A stretch of 64,000 bases of DNA from Antedon mediterranea. Its lineage: Eukaryota; Animalia; Echinodermata. Location of the stretch: the NCBI RefSeq assembly GCF_964355755.1, contig NC_092675.1, forward strand, positions 26,694,912-26,758,911, written 5' to 3'. How positions within the stretch are numbered: position 1 is the stretch's first letter; every line of letters starts with the position of its first letter. The position numbers and the translations under genes were made by a program. Below are positions 58,192-64,000 of the stretch, piece by piece. Below the pieces are notes generated by a model. The model did no database searches. It had not been told where the DNA came from and worked only from the letters and a program-made list of their open reading frames with translations.

Positions 58192-60417
58192 TTAATAGTT
58201 AAACGATTTATAGGTATTGTTTCCAGAATTCGCAACAGTAACCTGTCGAATACGATTCGGGATGAGTGACAAGCCCATGGGATAGTTCAAACCATCCTCA
58301 CGCTTATCGATCCTCTTCACAAATTTGCCATGACTATCAAACAACTGCAGTTTATGTGTACTTGCCACGATTACGTTTCCATCACGATCAACAACGACAC
58401 CTTCTGGACCCCATACACGGCCATCTCCCTGGCCGCCTTCCACGAGGACTTTTAGAACGTTGCCTTCACTATCAAACAGCTGTACTCTGTGGTTACCCCA
58501 GTCAGTGATGACTATATGGCTCTCTCTTGTCAAGGCACAGTATCGTGGGTACTTAAGATGACCGACGGCACTTCCTTCAGATCCAAAACGTCCAAGAAGT
58601 CTTCCATCAAGACTGAACTTTACGAAGCAATGGGCATCTCTGTCAACAACGTACGCACACCCACTAGCTTCATCAACAACCGTCCCAAGAGGCCACACAA
58701 GATCGTCTTTTCCAAACCATCTTTTCGGTGTTCCATCTGGACTACAAATTATAATCTCCTTGTTACTCAAGTCAGCTACTGCGAGTAGACCATGGCTTCT
58801 AAGCGGGCTTATATTCGAAACACGTATGCCTTGTGTGAGGTCGATCTTGTTGCGGAAACCTCCAGCTTTGTCGTATTCCAATATCTGATTGGTGTCATTG
58901 CACGCCAAGACATCACCAAATTTGTTAACCATAATGCTTCTGACTTTGTACGTGGCATTGATCCAATGTGTCGACAGGTTAACTGTACCAACGATACCTT
59001 CTTGTTCTGCTGTTATAAGAACTGGTGACCCTTTGATGGGACGTCCGTAAATGTTAACTTCCAACATCCAGTTTCCTTCGTCAGCACATTCACCACGGAT
59101 ATCATATTCTCCATCTCTTCTGTCTGTGATTGTTACCGTAGCGGTCTTTCCAGATTTATTCCTAAGAACCGCTTGCACCCTCGCTCCACCTTCCGTTACT
59201 TTTTTAGCTCCCGCCAAATCGGTCGTTGTGACGGTGACAGTGAAGGCCTGCCTTCGGGTAACATAGATCCGATCATTAGCGCCTTTGATTTGCAGTTGCA
59301 TAGACTCTTCTCTGAAAGCAGCAATTACACCAAGACTCTTTTTATTTAGTGTGGTCAACGGTTCTTCGTCTGGTACAAAATCTAAAAACCCATTTTCGTA
59401 TGGTTCGAGAGGAGGAAGGTTCTTGGTCTTGTGTTCGAGTCGTTTTGATGCTTCTTCACTAGATACCAATGCCGCTGCCTTGTCTGGACAAGTTGCCAAT
59501 GTGTCTGTAAACTCCATTATGTTTGTAAGCCTAACTAAAGCTAATTCCAACTCTTCCACCTGTGCGTCTATTGCACGATCTTTCGTAGTATAGGTAGATT
59601 CCAAATTTTGTTTCAGAATTTGACCACATTGTTTAGCCAAGTGATGCATGTGGTCTTCGTGTCCTTGGATCTTCTTTAAGCAGAGGCCACGGTCGTTCTT
59701 CAGTTTTAACTTCATTGATGCAAGTCGATCAATTGCATCTTCAAGATTAACTCTGGAATCTTTCGATCTTGACCTCAACCCAACTACTTTTGAACTGAAC
59801 TCACCGAAGGCGTCATCAATATTTCGCAGCCTGTGAGTTTCTCCCTTGTGTGTGACAACTGTACATTCGGTGCAGACAGGAACACGGCAGTAGTCGCAGA
59901 AGAACTTCAGTGGAAGCGTTTTATGTGTTGGGCACGGTGAAGGCTTAACGAGGAGACGTTCTCTTGACGGCTGCTGTTTGTACTCCTCCAGTGGCAGTAA
60001 AAAATGGTCACTGGTTACAGGCAATCGACGATGCATTTGCATGCACCCAGAACACAGAAACTCCTTGCAATCTTTGCAATTGTAATCTGCATCTCGTTCG
60101 CATACGACACACTTTGCTTCTTCTTCTTTCTCGAGACCAGCTACCATACTTAAAAGACTGACAATGCAGCTGTTTTCTTCTATTTCTTCAAGACCACCGT
60201 CTGGGATGGGATAATGTTCCCTACAAACTGGACACGATGAGTTACCCGTCTTACCAACCCACTGTTCTAGACATTCCAGGCAGTACGAATGGAAGCATGG
60301 CAGACTCTTCGGTTGTCTGAAGCGGTCTTGACATAAGACGCACTGGATTGCCCTTTCTTCTATTCCAGCTATGGTTTGAAGTTTAGCTGGAATAGATTGT
60401 ATTCCTGCCATGGTCAT
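58192..60417 (-). CDS. TRIM-NHL E3 ubiquitin ligase (RING, B-box1, B-box2, coiled coil, filamin, NHL; TRIM2/3/71 class), main exon
   Basis: RING CVLC...CFHSYCLEC...CPVC; B-box1 CVVC...CKDC...CSGC...H...H; B-box2 CPTH...CDYC...CTEC...H; filamin (DRRDGEY...IKGSP); NHL repeats (GHLKYPRYCA, WGPEGVVVD, LNYPMGL). An acceptor AG at 60418-60419 directly precedes the ATG at 60417. Confidence 0.93.
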   Translation of the reverse strand: MTMAGIQSIPAKLQTIAGIEERAIQCVLCQDRFRQPKSLPCFHSYCLECLEQWVGKTGNSSCPVCREHYPIPDGGLEEIEENSCIVSLLSMVAGLEKEEEAKCVVCERDADYNCKDCKEFLCSGCMQMHRRLPVTSDHFLLPLEEYKQQPSRERLLVKPSPCPTHKTLPLKFFCDYCRVPVCTECTVVTHKGETHRLRNIDDAFGEFSSKVVGLRSRSKDSRVNLEDAIDRLASMKLKLKNDRGLCLKKIQGHEDHMHHLAKQCGQILKQNLESTYTTKDRAIDAQVEELELALVRLTNIMEFTDTLATCPDKAAALVSSEEASKRLEHKTKNLPPLEPYENGFLDFVPDEEPLTTLNKKSLGVIAAFREESMQLQIKGANDRIYVTRRQAFTVTVTTTDLAGAKKVTEGGARVQAVLRNKSGKTATVTITDRRDGEYDIRGECADEGNWMLEVNIYGRPIKGSPVLITAEQEGIVGTVNLSTHWINATYKVRSIMVNKFGDVLACNDTNQILEYDKAGGFRNKIDLTQGIRVSNISPLRSHGLLAVADLSNKEIIICSPDGTPKRWFGKDDLVWPLGTVVDEASGCAYVVDRDAHCFVKFSLDGRLLGRFGSEGSAVGHLKYPRYCALTRESHIVITDWGNHRVQLFDSEGNVLKVLVEGGQGDGRVWGPEGVVVDRDGNVIVASTHKLQLFDSHGKFVKRIDKREDGLNYPMGLSLIPNRIRQVTVANSGNNTYKSFNY

Positions 60418-60535
60418 CTGCAAAATAACAAACTAATGTGTAAATATACCACTTGGACTGTTTATAAATGTTCATATTTTGATGAATACTATAAACAATA
60501 GCCGAAGACATTTTAAAAAACTATTTTTTACTGAC

Positions 60536-61891
60536 CTTTGACATTGGTACGCCTGGTTCATGTATCTTTTCCCCTCCTTCAGAAACAACTCCTAAAACGA
60601 ACAAAACAATACATTCATTTGTATAATACTGTAAAATCGTTAACAAATAGTCGAATAGGTATGCTACATGACTTTTATTGAACTTCCGTTAACAATTAAA
60701 TAGAAAAGGCGGATAAACCATTTATTGTGAAAGAGGTACTTGGATAACAAAATACAAAGACTTTGAACGATACGGAATGCGCACACAAACTTAAATGGAA
60801 TAAAACTCTTTAAACGATTTGATGCGTTGCGATTTAAATAAGTACTTGTACAATTACTACACAGAAAATGTTCAATTGAAATCGTAACCTTTCAAAGTAA
60901 AAATAGAGCATGGGTCACAAGATTGGAATCTCATTCATTGGATAAGATACGCGTCGAGGGCTGGGTAGGCCCTACTAGGCCTACACAATAGGAACGATTG
61001 TCTGAATATGACAAGAAAATATGTTTGACTCAATAAGGATAGAGTACCGTAACATATTTTGTTTTGTGCAGAATTCGATAACAGACAGAAAATGTAGATA
61101 AATCTCTTCTCTACAAATATATTGTGACGCAGGGATGCAAATCAGTGTTTCCAGTGGCGGATCCAGAATTTTGAAGAGGGGTGGGGAGGGGATCGGTCAA
61201 CCGGATACAAATATATCGTACAAATAAAAAATTGTTGACCTTTACCTTGTGTATTACTATTTACTATTGCTTTCGATTTTCTAAAATTCTGCCGAGGCGT
61301 TTGAGTTTGGTAATGGATAAAGGACAGTAATAAATACTATAATTGTTTTTAACAAAAATTAAATCGAGCCAACAAAGTATATAATAATTCCCGACGATGC
61401 CATGTCATCGTACGGACGGACGCGTCACACTAAAGCGTGGTTCCCACTAGAACGCAACGCAACGACGTATCGACGCAAAGTGTTGTATTGCGTAATCACA
61501 AGTGGGAACCCACGTCGCAATAGTGCTGCAAACATCGCAGGTTTGATTTTACACAGGCGGGGCAAACACAATTATTAAGCGTGGTTTCAACTAGCGACGC
61601 AACACAAGGACGTAACGCAACGCAAGTGAATTTACCAATCACAAGCGATGGCTTATTCGCTTGTGATAACTTCGCATTGGTTAAAACGCTTGCGTTGCGT
61701 TTACGTCCTTGCGTTACGTTCTAGTGGGAACCAAGTTTGCTGTTGCGTAGATTGCATTACGTTGCGTCGCTTAATGGTAAAAACAAATACAACATGCAGT
61801 TTAAGCTTCGCCATAAAATTGAAAGATGGCGCATTAGTCATTATAATTTGATGCACTTACCTTTATGTAGATTCCGATGTAAATTTAGCAT
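60536..61891 (-). CDS. Candidate upstream exons of the TRIM gene (61891-61861 and 60591-60536), adding MLNLHRNLHKGVVSEGGEKIHEPGVPMSK
   Basis: Donors GTAAGT (61860) and GTCAG (60535), acceptor at 60592-60593. Phases 1 and 0 join in frame with the main exon. These exons could instead be 5' UTR. Confidence 0.5.
61434..61780. mobile_element. Family B2 MITE with a nested B1 MITE (61578-61736)
   Basis: B2 left part, then a complete B1 after a TTA, then a B2 right remnant. Confidence 0.8.
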
Positions 61892-63514
61892 TTATGGGTC
61901 TATTGGTACGTTAATGTTCGTCCGTTAAAAACACACCTTGATTCAAGAACAGCGACTCCTGAACTAACACTCGATGCGGTCGAGGACGCGATTCGTTTTT
62001 TTGACAAAAAGAAAATAATCCGAAAAACTTAGTTCCGCCAAGTTTATAGAATCAACATATGAAAGGAATCCTGAGTCTATTGAAACTTATAGTATTATAA
62101 CAAAATCAAGATGAAGCACTTCATTTTTAGCTGTCTGGTTTTACCAGAGTACAATAATGAAACGAATTTTGAACTTTATGACCGGCCACCGATAGACCTA
62201 ATTTGTTTAAATGTTGCTGTTGGATATGCCATTTTAATGTCACATTTATGGTTATTCACAGCTTTGACCAACAATTGAATCTAAAAAAAATATTCACATG
62301 ACAAATTTATTTGAAACAAAATATAATCAAATTGATAATGGTTTTTGGTTAATAAATCATAATTTTTTTTTGTTTTTTTTTTCCTACGGAAGTAAATAGC
62401 TGCTTAATAACTTTTCCAAATAGCCTATTCAACGTCTGATTTCATTAGGCCTAATCTTAATTTATTATGTTTTGGGGGACAATAGGCCTAAATCTTTAAC
62501 GACTAGACCCGTGAAATATAGAAAGGAGTAGAAAGATGGATACTTTCTAAAAAATCAATAATTTTGTCAAGAAACAGGTCACATACTTTAAAAAAGCAGT
62601 ACTGAATGTTTGTCCGTATTTTCCCATAAGACTGGGGTAAAATGTGGTGTGTTCTATCATGCCCCGTCACATAATAATATAATATCGATCTTAGGCCTAC
62701 TCAAGACTTGCGATGCATTTAGAAATACCAGATTGAATGAGACAAGGTTATATTTACACTTTTTAAAAAATAATGTGAATATTTATCCGCCCGATATCAA
62801 ATTATTTCATTTTATGTATGTATGTAGGAATTATGTGCACTCAACCGCGCTGATTTTTAGATAACGCAACAACAGCGTGCGTTATGCTTTTTGCAGTTAA
62901 GTTTGGTTAGCTGTGACGATCTATCGACGGCGCACACGCACTCGGTCTCACGCACCGTAGCCTAATTCGAAACTTCATAAGTATAAAATTAGAAGACATT
63001 TTGTTAATGTTATAAATTAAGATTAAAATTATACATTTATTAAAGATATATTGTCTCCCCCCCCCCCCCCAAATTTGAAAACTTGAAAATTAATAAAATC
63101 AGATTTTAATTAACGGTTAAATAACCAAAACCCATTGGCTGGCAGCCAATTTGACTATTTCTTGCTTTTTTTCAGCTAAATAATTTTTTTTCTGATCCAA
63201 TTTTTGGTCAAGTGAATAACTATTACATTAACATTTTCAACAATTTTACAATTATTTTTCAGGGGGACAATACATCTCGAGGGATCTTATATTATGTCAC
63301 AACATTTTTATTACGTCGCATCATGACAAAAAACAGGAGACATGGATTTTAAATGTGTTTACTGTACTGCGGTATTGTTCAAAGTACAATACTAAAGCTA
63401 TTGTTGAAAATACGAAATGGAATGTCCTTTTATGGTAGTAGTTGCTGACGTGTTTCCCTGTGTTTTCTTTTGTGTGTGCGCAACAAACAACGACGACAAT
63501 TACAGACTAGAAAC

Positions 63515-63755
63515 ATGATGGCCGCCGATCAAGAACTGATGCATAGAGTGAAACAAGAAATGGAAACTGACACAAATGGAGTTGCGATTCCAGAGGAAAG
63601 GGGGACTGTTATTTGGAACTATGTCTTGACAAACAGATTAATTGAGTTATGGCAAGAACAACCGTTTCTGTACGACATTAATAACGTATATTACAAAGAC
63701 AAAATTGTGAAAGCAAACGCTTTAGAAGATATAGCAAACAAAATGGGAATCACTG
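63515..63755 (+). CDS. MADF (Myb/SANT-like, Adf-1 type) domain protein, first exon, 3'-partial
   Basis: MMAADQE...WNYVLTNRLIELWQEQPFLYDINNVYYKDKIVKANALEDIANKMG matches the MADF N-terminal pattern. Donor GTAGGT at 63756; the gene continues beyond the window. Confidence 0.8.
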
Positions 63756-64000
63756 GTAGGTATGCTAAGCCTAGTAGGTTGGTCACTACTTAGTGTGTTT
63801 CCTATCGCACTACCGTTTGTTGACAGTATAATCGCTCCGTTTACGGCTAGCATAAATCATCGTAGCCTAAGTCTAGACTTAGGCCTAAGCACATAAGGAA
63901 CGCACATAAAAGCGTTTAAGAAGGCCTTAGGTAACTTGATTGAATTATTCAATTGATCGAGTTTGTAAAATATGATCTTATTGTATGATTAACCACTCAA

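Noticed and set aside
58266-60161. Several + strand ORFs of 60-100 aa
   Set aside because: Antisense shadows of the TRIM coding exon.
49401-61928. ORFs at 49401, 54418, 55839, 55874, 61648 and 61737
   Set aside because: They run through palindromic family B MITEs and show no transposase or other domain.

Overview
AT-rich animal (eukaryotic) genomic DNA with spliceosomal introns. An invertebrate deuterostome such as an echinoderm is plausible, but that is inference only. Genes reconstructed by hand from GT-AG exons: HIF1AN/FIH (+, 7 exons in the window, first exon upstream); a large CCSER1/2-like serine-rich coiled-coil gene (-, ~13.0-44.6 kb); two tandem CRIP single-LIM genes (+) with a relic duplicated promoter between them; a RING-Bbox1-Bbox2-CC-filamin-NHL TRIM gene (-) whose domains sit in one exon; and the first exon of a MADF-domain gene (+). 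Non-coding DNA carries many PIF/Harbinger-type MITEs, Tc1/mariner-type MITEs, tRNA-derived SINE fragments and one P-superfamily-like MITE. The most unusual signal is a layer of apparent transposon excision scars: (i) seven 24-33 bp CA(T/G)GG...CC(A/C)TG-type hairpins (one with a CTATG end), each flanked by a 7-bp direct repeat, resembling P-element excision footprints; (ii) about 100 TACWGTA heptamers, some clearly inserted into otherwise conserved repeats, resembling Tc1/mariner footprints; (iii) about 20 TAGGCCTA palindromes, mostly near promoters and in the right third of the window. All counts are manual and approximate.
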